Part shown: positions 1 to 13,395 of the stretch, in pieces
Numbering within the stretch: position 1 is the first letter of the stretch
Layout: each line of letters starts with the position of its first letter
From: Convolutriloba macropyga
Taxonomy: Eukaryota
NCBI RefSeq assembly: GCF_964194025.1
Contig: NC_134477.1
Span: forward strand, 23,684,001-23,748,000
Reading direction: 5' to 3'
Length of the DNA: 64,000 bases
Translations under genes and position numbers: made by a program
Notes under the pieces: generated by a model
The model's database searches: none
What the model was told of the DNA's origin: nothing
Seen by the model: the letters and a program-made list of their open reading frames with translations, nothing else

Positions 1-226
1 TCACTTCATTGGTTGTCTTAATTTTGTCTCTTTTTTTACCGGACCGCTTTATTTCTGAAGACGACAATGGTTTAAAATGACTTTGCGTTGTGAAATTGAT
101 TGGATTCGCTCCTGGTAGTAAAAATGAACTTGCATTGTGCTTACAGTTGAAGTTGCATAACCGCATACATCTTTTGCACCCATTGATTTGCTTCGATTCG
201 TTACTGGTGTCGTTTGTCTGCTTCAG

Positions 227-345
227 TGAATGGAGGCTAGAGACAGGTCTCAGCAGTTCCTCACCTGAACCAGAGAAAGCTCCAGTGACCAAGTCAGTCT
301 TCGATGCCTGCCATTGTCGTGCTGCAGAGCGCATGCTTCAAACAG
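227..345 (+). CDS. ADCK5: ADCK5-like kinase, first in-window coding exon
   Basis: Acceptor cttcag|227 and donor 345|gtttat. Encodes ...VFDACHCRAAERMLQT, which joins in phase 1 to AIDNGGLYIK, matching the ADCK5 'ACHQRAA...AISNGGLYVK' segment. The acceptor is less certain than the donor. Confidence 0.8.
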
Positions 346-546
346 GTTTATCACTTCTATTTGATCTCATCTGATCCGTTAGACCTTATACTAGTGGTGT
401 CTCAATCAATACTTTTTCTCCACCTTTCGTCCACAGATTGTCATAAAGGAATGGGAATTTACTGTTTTCATGCTCCCGTCCTGGTTATACTCGTTGACCT
501 TGTCAAAGAATCCTAAAGATTTGGGCAAATTCGTTGTTGTTAACAG

Positions 547-855
547 CCATTGATAATGGAGGTCTCTACATCAAGTTCGGCCAGGGACTAGCAGCTTTGA
601 ACCACATTCTCAATCCAGTCTATATCACAACTTTGGCCAAACTGAATGACATGGCTCTGTCTAGTGCTCCTGATGATATCGATGAAATATTTTCAGAGGA
701 TTTTGGTGGTCAAGATGTCAAGGATATGTTCATTGAGTTAAACAGAAAGCCGATTGCAGCTGCTAGCATTGCGCAAGTGTTCGACGCAAAATTAAAGGAT
801 GGCACTAAAGTAGCGCTCAAGATGCAGTACATTGATCTGCAGGATAGGTTTGCTG
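547..855 (+). CDS. ADCK5: ADCK5-like kinase exon 2 (KxGQ motif, A-rich loop, catalytic Lys)
   Basis: taacag|547 and 855|gtacga. Contains NGGLYIKFGQ, PIAAASIAQV and VALKMQY, the UbiB/ABC1-family signatures. Confidence 0.95.
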
Positions 856-1799
856 GTACGAGCGATGATCGAAAAATGGGCAGTTGCAAAATAATGTATT
901 ATGAACCAACCCGTGTACTCTCAATGTACATTTCGTTGTTAGGGTCGTCGCTGATCCCATCACAAACGAAAGTTGAACTGTCCACAGAGTTCTGATATTC
1001 TATTTGAAGTTAGCAAAACACGTTTTTGGTACATCTGTCTGTCCCATTAGTCTTCTCGACGCAATTATTTATCTTCCAAATTTGAGATTCTTTAATCAAT
1101 TTCAAGGTTATTTATGTTGTTTTTTGAGTTTACTTTGTAGACTGTTTAATAGCCGCCGCCAGACTCTCAAGGGATATTACTTAGGCGCTCTCCTTTTTTT
1201 CGATTCGAAGAGGAGTACTGGTGGAGCGTCTTTTTGCTAAACTAAGTGTTTAGGCCAAACTACTGAACGAATTGAAGAGGAGAGAGAACAGAGACGTGAT
1301 TTTCAGTTCATGCTGCATTTCTGAGAGCTAGCGAGAAAAGTACGCATGAAAAAAGTTTTGCTAAGCGAGCGGAATAGTTTGATCACTTACGGCTTTTTCA
1401 AAGCAGTTTTTTTGGTTTTTAACTTTACTTTTTCGGATGACGTTTTTTGTTCTAAACCATAATAAGAGGTAACTGTTTTTATGGGAGTTTTTTTATAGCT
1501 GCGAAGCTGTAAGCTGAGCGAAGCTATATTGCGGTGCTCTTGGTTTTTACGACTCTAAGAGGAGTATTGAGATTCTACAGGTTTTTTTTAGCAGAAAGCA
1601 AGTTTGTTCATGACTTGAATTTTGACTTCTTTATATTCGAGCTTTTACATCCGTTTTTTGATTGTTGACTTCTGTTTTCGAACATTGGACTTTAACAATA
1701 GCTTAGTTTGTAATGTATAGCAATTGGTAACAGTCTGTAATTCAAGGTGAAGAGGTCAGTTTGAGAAAATTCGATCCAATTAAACTACCTACCCCCCCC

Positions 1800-1999
1800 N
1801 NNNNNNNNNNNNNNNNNNNNNNNNNNNNNNNNNNNNNNNNNNNNNNNNNNNNNNNNNNNNNNNNNNNNNNNNNNNNNNNNNNNNNNNNNNNNNNNNNNNN
1901 NNNNNNNNNNNNNNNNNNNNNNNNNNNNNNNNNNNNNNNNNNNNNNNNNNNNNNNNNNNNNNNNNNNNNNNNNNNNNNNNNNNNNNNNNNNNNNNNNNN
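1800..1999. other. Assembly gap (200 N)
   Basis: Run of N next to a poly-C tract; similar repeat sequence lies on both sides. Confidence 1.
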
Positions 2000-2194
2000 T
2001 TCTGGTTTTCTACCGGCTATGTTTTTTTAGCAGAAAGCAAGTTAGTTTATGACTTGAATTTTGACTTCTTTCTGTTCGAGCATTTACCTTCGTTTGTAAT
2101 TTATAGTAATTAGGAACTGCTGGTAATGTTCAAGGTGAAGAGGTCATTTTGAGATTTTTTGTTCCTATATGAGTCACCCCTAATTATCTAAATT

Positions 2195-2612
2195 ACACCG
2201 CGCAACCCCCCCCCCCCCACATACCTACCCCCCACCGCCCCAGCACCCCGCCCCCAACTTACCCCCCACCTACCTCTACCCCTCCCTTCACCTAGCTACC
2301 CCCAACTACCCCAGCACTACCCACCTCCCCAACCTATCTATACACCAACCCACCTACCTAACCCCCCCGCCACCACCTACCTACCCCCCCCCCCCCCCCC
2401 GACCAAACTAACTTACCCCCCTCCCCGCACCTACCCCCCTCCCTCCCCGCCCCAACATACCCCCCCGCCCCAACTTACCCCCCCCCCACCTACCCCTACC
2501 CCCAAAACTACCCCCTCCCTTCACCTAACCACCCCCACGTCCCCCCCTAACTACCCCAGCACTACCCACCTCTCCAACCTATCTACACCTACCTAGCTCC
2601 CCCGCACCTAAA
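2195..2612. repeat. C-rich low-complexity tract (cctacc/cccc; G-rich on the minus strand)
   Basis: Dense C runs with repeated ctacc/cacc motifs, inside a repeat element. Confidence 0.9.
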
Positions 2613-5600
2613 AAATTGTCGGCATTTTTAAAACACTTTAATGTGGTTTGTTGGGCTACTTTTGTTTTTTTTCTCTTGTCTTATTTTGATGTTCTGACTT
2701 CGGTAAGGTTAGGTTAGAGATTATAATGCGCGACGATTCGAGTCGTTTCCGGTATTCTACCGGCTGTTTTTTGTTCCGTCGTCTGACGCTCTTTTTTCGT
2801 TTTACATTTGTTTCACACAGCAAAGCTGAAAAAAATCAAATTTTTTGAATTAATTCTTCATCTCACTAACGGCATTTGCGCGCGTGACGTCATTATCACT
2901 CGATTTAGCAAAAGTTTTAAGGTTATTCGCGTGATTAGATTTTGATCATACGTGACTTACCTCACTCAATAAAATGACTTTTGCACTTTAAAACTTAAGT
3001 TTAATTTGAATTTGTTTAAGATCAAAGGAACTCATATGTGCAGTAGAGGTCCCTAATAGGAGGCTTCTGTGGAATGAATTTTAACAAGCTTTATTAATTT
3101 ATCGCTGAATGTTTTTACCTAGTTTTTTGAGCGGCGTCGATTTTTTTCAATTTAGATCTGTATCTGTTTCTATCTCTATTATATGGCACGCAGGTCTATT
3201 CTTTCTCAGCTATCCTGGCAGTCTGCCGGCTATTTTTTTTAACAATTTCAATCATAAACTAGAGGTTTATATGCAATCTTGAGCTTTTTTTGTGATTTCA
3301 CCGTTTTGGACGCTTTTTTAGCGGTTTTTGTAGTATTTTGTCAATGGCCGCCGTCAGCCTCTCAAACGTCTATTATTTAAGCGCTCTCATTTTATTTCGC
3401 TTTACCTTTTGATCACGTTTTTCGTTTTACATAAGTCACGATTTTCACTTTTCACTTCCGACTTACTTCACTAACTGTTTCAACTGAAAGGATTTTAAAT
3501 TCTTTCACGCATTGAATTACGCAAAATAGTGAATACGGTCAAAGTCAAAAGAGCAAAATAAAAAGAGACAGGATAAACCGATAAAGCCCGGTCATTACGT
3601 CCTTGAGAACTAGGTTATCAAGGTTCATTAGATTGTCTGCTAGCTGATATCGGTATTAAGCTTATTCGCTTTGAGTTTAGAAGCTGGGTTAAGTGTAATT
3701 TAGAATCTAACTAAAACTGCACGCCAAATTAGAAGACTTTGACACTGAAAAAAAAAAACAGAAAAAAACTTCAGTCAATTTGTCTGTTTTTTTTTCTTCC
3801 GTTTCAATCCCGATGTGCATTAAGCGCGTCGACGGCGGCTATTTTCCGGCAACCTGCGGGCCATGTTTTTCAAGTCTTTGGTGCCCGGCGTAGTTTTTTC
3901 TTGAAATTATTGTTCATGTGGGTTTTAATGCCGTTTTTATCTTTGTTGTCATCACTTGAAATTTGTTTGAGTTGAAGAAAACGGCCTAATTCTTCTTCCA
4001 ATTTCTCGGTTCCATAATTTCTTGGTTTTCAAGTTTCTAATAATTACTGTTTGTTTTGCTTTTCAGAGTTTGTTTTGATTTTCAATTTTTTTATTGCGGT
4101 TGCAAGTTTGATAGCACATTTTTTTAATCAAATAATAACAAAATCAATTATGATGTGTTTTGTGGTTTTTACTTCTCTTAAGTGTTTCCAGTGCTTTTGA
4201 GTATCGAGTGGTTGCTAAGCGAAGTAGTTGGGGCTATTATCGGCCTTCTCTTGGATCTTTTATTTCGTCGACAAGATTTTTGTTAAGGCCATATGATGTC
4301 ACAAACAATTCAAATCTGCTTTTTGTTCTTTCGTTCATCAAATTTTAATTGAATTGCGTGCGTGACGTCATTTTTTACTGTTATTGGCGCGAGTTTTAAT
4401 CATTCGAGTGATGATGTTTTTGGCCACACTTGATTCACCTCACTCTCAAAAATGACTTCCTCACTCTAAAATTGACTTTTCTTTACTTTAGTTCAAAGAG
4501 AAAAAGTCAAGTGCACACTTATTTGACCTTCTTTCAGCGAATTAAAGTAAATAAAAGTCACTCTAATTAAAGGTTTTTGGGAGCAGCTATTAGAAGCATC
4601 AATAGGTTTGACAGAATCTTAATCAAAATGTAACATTTAAGTATTTTTGTTCTGTTCCTTTTACTATCTTCTTGAGACTGCAGATCTACGAAGCTATTGC
4701 AGCTATTTTCTGGCAATCTGCCAGCTATGTTTTCGCTTTACATTAGTTCGCAGCTTTTTCAACTTTTTGCGTGAAACCTTTTTGACTGCTCCACGCTAGT
4801 TTCATTCTTCGCTGATTCTGATGAAAATGTTTGTCAACAGCACTTGCTCAGACAATCAATCTTGAATCAACGGAGTCAGTCAAATTAAAAACAGAAACGA
4901 GATAAATGCAGAATGATGCCCGCTTCTCAACTTTGTTTTTAAACATTTCAGGTAATATCTCTAATGCTTATTGGTATTAATACTAGCCTCTGTATCCCCT
5001 AATTAGGAACCAGGAGTATTTCTAACTACGGAATGACATCATCGTAGGTCACACTTTAAAATGATTTAGTACAGAATTAGTTTTCTTCATTTTTCCTACT
5101 ACTGCCAGTAGGGTTTATGGTATTCGATGGCGGCTATTTTACTGCATCTGCCGGAAATGTTTGCTAACATATGCAATTTCGTTGAACAAAAATTATTATA
5201 TCAGTCAATCTTATTGGAATTGCAACTCGTGAAAAATTGCTAAGAGTATGTTTTCCACTTTTTCTTCTTTCTTATTGGTTTACTCTGTTTTCTTATCAAA
5301 TTGAGTGGGATAATGAAGTAAGTACCGTTGCTAGTTTAGTTAGTGATTGACTAGGTCATAAGCTAAGTTTTAGTTCTACTTCGATTCAATTACGGAGTTT
5401 TCCGGTTATGTTTTTTAGGTCGCTTTACTTTTTGATCGCGTTTTTTCGTTGAACATAAATTACAGTCTTCACATTTGACGCGTCTCTTACCTCACTCACT
5501 GGTTCAACTGAATGGATTTTAAATTCTTTCGTCCATTGAATTACGCAATATAGTGAATACGGTCGATGTCAAAAGAGCAAAATCCAATGAAACGGGATAA

Positions 5601-6094
5601 ACCCATACAGCCCGGTCCTTAAGTCATAGTGCATTAGGTTATAAAATTTCGTAGCTTACTTTTTTTAAGCTTATTAGCTGTCAATTTAGAAGCTTAGAAT
5701 CTAACTGTAACTGCACACCGAGTAATAACACTTTTTGAAACTTAGGGAAAAAAGTCTGCCAATTTTCATCTCTTCTTTTTTCTGTTTCAATCCCAATGTG
5801 CGTCAATAGCGGCTATTTGCCGGCTATGTTTAGGTTATAACTCGTAAAGATCACTTTCAATGAGGTTGTTGATTTTCATCACCAAATTTCGAAATAAGGC
5901 TCGAAGTGAGATTTCGAAATTAGGCTCGAAGTGATGGCTGCTTTTTTGCATTAACATAATTAATTTTTGGAAGATATTCGGCCTATTTAAGGCACTCTAA
6001 AGCTAATGTGACTAAGTTTTATGTTTTATAATCTTTTATAGGTTTAATAATACTTTGTAGTAGCGTGGTACTTGCAACTCCCTGACATAACCAG

Positions 6095-6145
6095 AATTTG
6101 AATCGTTTTGGTTACTGCTGAGCAGTAACCAAAAAGATTCAAATT
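6095..6145. repeat. Near-perfect palindrome (25-bp arms, 1 mismatch, 1-nt spacer)
   Basis: aatttgaatcgttttggttactgct-g-agcagtaaccaaaaagattcaaatt. Confidence 0.9.
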
Positions 6146-6286
6146 TTCTCATTTAAAATGTTGTCCGAAAGAGAATTTGTAGCAATACTCAGTGTGTAAG
6201 AAAATTGAAATAAGATAGAAAATGGTGATGCAATTAGTTTACTCGAGATCTATACGAGGCTTATTGATTAGCAGATATGGTTTTAG

Positions 6287-6535
6287 GCGATATCTGGACA
6301 ATCAAATTTCTAATGGACATAGCAGAGTACTGGTTCCCTGGGTTTAACTTCAAATGGGCAGTTATAGAGTTGTGCGACACCATAAAACAAGAACTGGATT
6401 TCATCAATGAAGGAAGAAATGCCGAGAAATGTGCTGAAGATTTGAAGGGCTTTGACTATGTTCACGTACCTAAAGTTTTCTGGGAGCATACTTCGAGGAG
6501 GGTGCTAACGACGGAATTCATTGATGCAGTTAAAA
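6287..6535 (+). CDS. ADCK5: ADCK5-like kinase exon 3
   Basis: ttttag|6287, phase 1, giving DRFA-G-DIWT. Contains QELDFINEGRNAEKC and VPKVFW. Donor 6535|gttagt. Confidence 0.95.
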
Positions 6536-6841
6536 GTTAGTAGACGTAATTATATAATTCGATCGCGAACGGATAACAAGTAGTTGTTCCAATAAAGGTT
6601 GTAGCGCTGATATTTTTACCAATTGAAATACGTAACCAATTCAAAGCATGCTCTTTAATATGTGTTGAAATGATGAACTGAAGCTCTATTTTTGTTTGAG
6701 CTTTAATGCGTGAAGTACGTCTTCTACGGGACTGTACAACGAGCCTTTAACCCCCCTTAGTCTATTGCATTATAGACATCTATGTACTCATATGAATGGT
6801 TTGTAAGTGATTCAGCAATAGGTAAACTGACTGTATTTCAG

Positions 6842-7062
6842 TTGACGATGCCGAGGGTATGAAAGCACAGGGGATTGACATCAAGTCCGCGTGTGAGAAA
6901 ATGTGCCGGGTGTTTGGATATCAGATATTCCAGTCAGGTTTCGTCCATGCAGACCCCCACCCTGGCAACTTATTTGTCAGGAAGCACCCTACAAAGAAGG
7001 GCGATGTTGAGCTCGTGATTTTGGATCATGGCTTGTACCAAAAAGTGGATCACATTGTTCAG
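6842..7062 (+). CDS. ADCK5: ADCK5-like kinase exon 4 (catalytic loop)
   Basis: tttcag|6842. Contains GFVHADPHPGN and LDHGLY. Donor 7062|gtaaat, phase 0. Confidence 0.95.
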
Positions 7063-7172
7063 GTAAATTACGTTCGAGTTCTGTTTATGTTCACAGGATA
7101 ATGTGGAAGAATCTTATGGTAACTCTAAAGCGGGAGCTAATGGGAGGTTTACGATTCTATGATGTTTTTTTT

Positions 7173-10051
7173 AATAGCCGCACAGCGATAGCTGGGGCTA
7201 TTATTGGCCTTCTCTTGGTTTTTTTACAATTCAAAGAATTTGAATTGTATTGGGGCGCTGTCTTTTTTACGACTCGAAGAGGAGTATTGGTTTTCTTAAG
7301 GTTTTTTTTACCGGAAGTACTATTCGTTCAGACGCCGTTTTAACCTAAAAGCGAAAGTGAGTAAAATTGCCGTGTGAACTAATTTTTCAGAGCGAGAGAA
7401 GTTTTTTGATCATGCGCTGCGAGAGAAGTTTAGTGAATGACTTTTTGACTTTGAAAAGCAGTTTTTGACTGAATGGCACATATAGGTAACCGTTTTTTCG
7501 TCAAAGTGGCCCAGTTTTTTTGCTTGTAATTTGGTTTTTTGTAGAAATAATTTTTATTTGATGCTGTATCGAAATGTAAACCTCGGAAATTGATGCCAAA
7601 GAGTTTTGCAGAGCCTAAAAATACGTTTCAAGTTCTAGATTGGCACATAATTATTGATTTTTTTTGGTTAATTTTTGGCTTTTTTCTATTAATTTCTTCA
7701 TTTTTGGATCTTTCAGGCGTCTTTTTGTCAGAAATAAATTATTAGGGCATTTTCCCTTTGATAATTCATATACTCAACGCCTCTTTCTACCTCGATGTAG
7801 TTTTGTTTTAAAAAATTGTACATATGCTAATCCGATTTTGGTAGCTTTTTTCCAATTTTTGTCAGTTTTTTGTTTGTATTTTGGTTTTAATTACTAGAAA
7901 TAGTCTTTTTGTGCAACATTAGGGACTTTAATTTCGTTTCAATTAAAATTCAATCAGTTTTCGGCGTTAAGTTTTTGAAAAACAGCTAAAATTATTTTCA
8001 TAAATGCGGTCTTAAAAGTTTTTTTGGCCTTTTTTTGCAAATTTTTTCAATGTTTCGTATGTTTTAATTCTGCTGTTGCTTTTTTTTCTGTTCATTTGGA
8101 TAGTTCTTTTTCTTGGATGACGCGTCGTCTTTTCTATGTCTCGAATGCTGAACAATGGAAGGTCTTCGTTTTTTTTTTTGTTTTTATAAATTGATTTTTT
8201 TACTTTCAAAAATCAAGAATTAGTCTTTTTGTTACGGTGTTCCTTACTTTGTGTCCATATTCTTCACATTCTAGTTTATATCATTCTAGCGTCTTAACGG
8301 CACCGTCATTTATATTCAATTTATTGATTTTTTCAGTTTCTGGAAACTTGAATGATTTCAGCTTTTTATTAGATTTTCGGCATTTCTTTGGTTTGCAATT
8401 GTTTCCATTCAAGATAAGGCAGTACTGAGAGTTTGCTAGAAAGCTTTTTCCGAAATTTTCACTTTAAAGTAATCTTCGCAATTTTCTTCCGGCCTTAGTA
8501 TTGTTTTTAAACGACTTTTTGCCTTTGAGTTTTGTTCTTTTGTTTTGTCTTTTCTATGATTTAGTTTTTGAATTAGTATGAAATCTTTTTCTGGAGCATA
8601 TAAACAACAAGGAAGAATTGTGTGTTGTTTTTGTCTTAATTGCAGTGATTACAAATCTTTTTGTAGTGGTTCTCTGTTTCCTGAATTTGAGCATTCTTTG
8701 TTGAAAAATTAACTTAGTTTCTAAGATCATAATCTGCCGTTTGCTTTCGCGATTATTTTTTTCGAGATTAGAATCATGAATTATTTGAGGGCAATTCGTA
8801 GCCCTCAAATAATAATAGCTTTTTCAGCCTATCAGTATTTTTGACGATTCTAATTATTTCGGACTTTTTTAACGTTACCAAACGTTTTCAATAAAAAATT
8901 TGCTGCAATTTGTTTCTCTTGGTGACCGTGGTTAAAGTTTCACCAATTTTTAGATCAGACCTGGGGAGTAATGAGTTAATGAAAAATAAAAAATTTTTAA
9001 TAAAAAAGGCAATGACTTCAGTTAAAATTACGGTTTTGTGAAGTTTTGACGCTTCGAGTCGCTTCCGGAATTCTTCCGGCTATGTTTTTTTTTAAGATCT
9101 GTTCACACATTTTCATGATTTTTTAAGTCAAATTGGAGTAGTGATTTTGATCACGCCGAAACAGGAAATGGAGCGAAAAAGCGAGTGGTTTTGCGGCGTG
9201 AATTTTTTTCGCTCTAATTCTAAAGTAGATTGAGAAAACGGTGTTTGAACAAAAATTCGGTTTCTCGGTAGTGGTTTTTTGTTCACATGTTGCAATTTCA
9301 CTCTGATTTTTACTTGTTTTTTCAATTTTTCGGATCGGATTTTTTTCTAAATGGTTTTCCCAATCCATTGAAAGCCATTTTAGGCCTAGTTTTTTGTTTG
9401 AATTAGATTTTCATTTCTCGCTAGTGGTTTTTTTGTTCACATGCGGCATTTTGACATTGATTTTCTGTTTTTTCTTATTTTTTTCTAATTTTTTTAAAAA
9501 TGATTTTCTCAATTCACTCATAGTCCATTCTAGGTTTAGTTTTTCTGTTGAGCCAATGAAAATTCTTTGAATTGTACGTCAGGACTTGTCCTGCTATGTT
9601 TTTTTATTCCGTCGTCATGATTTTTGTTAGGACCATATGACGTCACAGCCACTTTTTGTTCATTCGTTCATGCAATTTCAATTGAATTGCATGTGTGACG
9701 TCATTTTTCGCTCTTAGTGGAGAGAGTTTTTTTTGTTCATGCGCGTGATTAAATTTTTGGTGACACTTGACTTACCTCACTCTCAAAAATGACTTCCTCA
9801 CTTTGAAATTGACTTTTATTTACTTTAATTCAAAGAGATAAGGTCAAATGGGTGTGTGTCACTCTAAATAAAGGTTATTAGAGATCAGCTAATAGAGGCA
9901 GCAATAACTTATACAGATTTTCAATCAAAATATAACAGATCAGCCCTCAATGAAAAGACGAATTTTTTTGGTCTGTCTTTTTTACTGTTTATTTTTAGAC
10001 TGCCGATCTACGAATCTATTGCGGCTATTTTCTGGCAATCTGCCAGCTATG
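7173..10051 (+). mobile_element. Three nested Helentron-associated (HINE/DINE-1-like) non-autonomous elements
   Basis: Outer element A (7173-10051): subTIR aatagccgc...gcggctatt plus hairpin ctggca-atc-tgccag. Element B (7226-9598): acaattcaaagaatt...aattctttgaattgt plus caggac-tt-gtcctg. Element C (7269-9084): acgactcgaag...cttcgagtcg plus ccggaa..ttccgg. Each ends ctatg followed by a T run. Confidence 0.75.
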
Positions 10052-11656
10052 TTTACAAATACGTGCTAAGTTTTTAGGTTGGTCAGCTCCCGGTATTCAG
10101 CTGAGATAGGAAAAGTACACAAGTTCTGAGGAAGGCGAATAGTACTGAGTTTTAGAAGAATCAATTTTAACAATGAGTAATAATTGTGCGGTGCAATTCG
10201 TATTTATGCTTATTTATAGCCGCCGTCAGCCTCTCAACAGCTATTATTTGGGAGCTCCCCTTTTAAATTCGCTTTGCCTTTTTATAACGTTTTTATTTTA
10301 CATAAGTCACGATTTTCACGTTTGACTTCTGACTTACTTCACTCACTGTTTCAACTGAATGGACTTTAAATTCTTTCACTCATTGAATTACGTAATGTAA
10401 AGAATACGGTCCAAGTCAACTGAGCAAAATCAAAAGAAACAGGATTAACCCATAAAGTCATAGTGCATTAGGTTATCTAAGTTCTTTAGAGCGATTGCTA
10501 GCTTACATTTTTATTAAGCTCAATTTTATTAAGCTCAATTAAGCCCGGCAATTAAGTCATAGTGCTTTAGGCTGTCAAAGTTTATTAAAGCGATCGCTAG
10601 CTGGCAATAATATTATGCTTTATAGCGTTCAGTTTAGAAGCTGAATTAAGTGTAAGTTGAGAATCTAACCGAATATGCAAAATTTACAAACAAAATAAGA
10701 ACACATTGACACTTAGAAAAATTCTGTCAATTGCTATCTCTTAATTTTTTCTTTTTCTGTTTCAATCCCAATGTGTGTCAAGCGGGTCAACGGCGGATTT
10801 TTTGGGCAATTTGCCGGCTACGTTTATTAATTGCCGCCCTAAGCTGGCTTTTATAGCGCTACTTTTACAATTCAAATAATTTGAAATGTATTGTCTGTGC
10901 GTTGTCTGTGTAATGGGTATACGTATGATGCACGGTAAGAGAGGGGAGAATATAATTATAACGGTAATCAATAATAAAGTATGCTAAAACAAACCAACCT
11001 CATTGACGTCTAGAATATTCAGAACACTCGACAATAAGTCCACTTGAGTGGACCTTTTATGTTTCACATTATTTATTTGTGTCACGACCATGAGTTCTGT
11101 TTTTAAAAAAATGTTTGGGATATCAGTCAAACACTTGTTTATATATTAATGAAACTGTTTCACATGTGGTACATTAAACATAAATTGTATCAACTTTTAC
11201 TCTTATTATTTTTCTCAATATTCATACGATGTGTATTTTCCCACAAAGCTGCGATTTTTGTCTTACGATGGGAGTATCATTTTGTCGATTGGTTTGCTTT
11301 TTATGTAATGGTGAGTGGTTAAATTTTTCAATGTGATGTGAATGGTTACATTTTAGTTCAATACTCAAACTTCGTTTTAACAAGAATAATTTTTTGGTGA
11401 ATGCTTATATTTCAATGTGATGTTCAATTTGATCAATTTTTCAATGTGATGGTGAATTTTTCTAATTCACTACTCAAAAACATTTTTATAGCTGCGAAGT
11501 TGTAAGCTGAGCGTAGCTATATTGCGGTGCTCTTGGTTGTTTTTTTGTTTCGTCGTCCGACGCTCCATTTTCGTTTTACATTTGTTCTAGAACATTGTCT
11601 CGCCACTGCGTAAATGGTTTTTTCGCGCTTGATTTCACGCTTGATGCGTGATGTAA

Positions 11657-11729
11657 ATTGCGATTATTCAGAAGTTGTTGGTTGCGACTGGCTGTTAATC
11701 AGGAGATCGGGCGTTCGAGCCGCGGCAAT
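11657..11729 (+). pseudogene. tRNA-Asn(GTT)-like relic or SINE head
   Basis: Anticodon arm ctgg-ctGTTaa-tcag, T-loop gttcgagc, and attgc...gcaat pairing at the ends. The D-arm is degenerate. Confidence 0.4.
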
Positions 11730-12169
11730 AAAACATTTTTTGCACCCAAAAACAACCACCTTTGAAGTTTTATGTAAGTTTTATAACCTCCACAGCCTGT
11801 AAGTTTTATAAGTGGCGGCGATAACTTCTATCAACTCACTTCTTTATCTTTTTCCATCTGTATTTTACGGCACGCAAGTCTATTTCGCAGCTATTCCGGC
11901 AATCTGCCGGCTATGTTTTTTTAACAAGAGTATTATGGTAAAACGAAGATGGAGAATTTAATTGAATAAAATATGAGTAATCTATAAACACTAATAGAAT
12001 TAAACAAAATAGAAAAAGAAAGCGTTTCCGATATTCGGCGATGGTTGTCGACATTGTCCGCTTCATACGCTGTTGTAAATGAGCAAAAGTATTTCTTTCC
12101 GCGAGTGAATGGGATCTCATTATTGTTTGATAAAGCTGCCGCAGTATAATTATCGTAAATTTTCCTGTG

Positions 12170-13395
12170 GAGCGCCCCGTCAATCATAGCAAGTCGGAGT
12201 TTTGTTTCAGATACCTTCTTGCATCTACTGAAACATATTGGCTAGTTGTTCCTGGGCCTCTTTTGGACCACAGATTAACTCTTCTGATGTCAGTCTTTGT
12301 TCAGCTCGTAGGTATAAGGGCGAAAGTCACTTTGTATAAATTTTGTCCATAGGATTGAGCTCATGTATTGCTTAGTGTTGCGCTGCTTTTTATTCGTTGA
12401 TTGTGGACATGCGCGTCGTTTGTTATTCCTTTTTTTTGAAAAAGATAGTACTTCCGAGTATTGTTGCCATCAGAAGTTCAGTCCAAGTTTTGTTGATTGA
12501 GTTATCTGGTGCCTCAGCAGTGATGTCAATTTGGACTTCGGTGATTGGTATATTCGTGTTAATGCGGAGTGTTAGTTTCTCCTTGTTGTGTTCTGGAAAG
12601 AAAGTCTGCCGCGAATTTTTTTCCGGGAATATGTCCCAGTATAATGTCAAAGCGCTTGACGTGATCCGATGTGTTCCAGAGCAATGGTAGAGTGATCTTT
12701 GTTTTGCAAAAGCGTTTGACAGCTCTGTCCATAAGATAGATATAGTACTGATGTTTTGTATCCCAATAAGTTCTTGCAAACATATCGAGGTCGAAATTTA
12801 CGTCGAGATATTCCTTTGCGTATATTGACATCTTCAGTTGATTTGTTTTAGAAATCGAGAATGAAAAGTCAAAGGTGCGTGACTTTTTCCATTTCAGCTG
12901 TTTCAGTTACAGTTTTTGTGTATGCTTCAATCATCAGTTTAAAACTTGCAGCATCAAATGATGCTTCGGCCATTATAACATTTGGTTTATTGGTCATCGG
13001 TAGCCTTAGTGATTTTTCGCAGGCTGATTCTATATCCTGTGTGAAGTTTTGTAAAGTGATATTGGGTTCCTTGTTTGTCTCGCAGGTCTTCCGCCTTCAC
13101 TAATCTACAGAAAAGCAGTTTTTGTCCGAGCTCTGGTATAAAAGCTTTGTAAAAATTGAAGAAACCAATCATTCGTTTTGTTTGTCTGACCTCAGAAGCT
13201 TGAATGTTATGAGGAAATTAGCAATTTTCTGTTTGATTGGGGTCATGACCTCTGAAGTAATCATAATCCGCAAGAACTTTTCCTCGGACCAAAGGCGCAT
13301 TTGTCTCTAGCTAGCATAAGTCCTGGTTCCTTACTACACCTAAAAACTGCTCAGTTCTTTCTCCATATCCTGAAAATCATTGGTTCCTACGACAA
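12170..13395 (-). mobile_element. Ty3/gypsy LTR retrotransposon pol relic (RT C-terminus and RNase H)
   Basis: Frameshifted pieces: IGFFNFYKAFIPELGQKL (RT thumb) and MSIYAKEY...ILGHIPGKKFAADFLSR (gypsy RNase H C-terminal motif). Confidence 0.8.

Larger units (their letters stand above)
1148..5830 (+). mobile_element. Cluster of HINE-like elements filling ADCK5 intron 2
   Basis: Repeated 5' ends (aatagccgcc..., acgactc..) and repeated 3' subTIR+hairpin ends (cggctattttccggcaatctgccggctatg variants) at about 2745, 3207, 3835, 4700, 5130 and 5809. Confidence 0.65.

Noticed and set aside
11100-11270. BED zinc-finger/hAT remnant on the minus strand (LWE...YV*CTTC)
   Set aside because: It needs a frameshift and a stop, and is too short to support.
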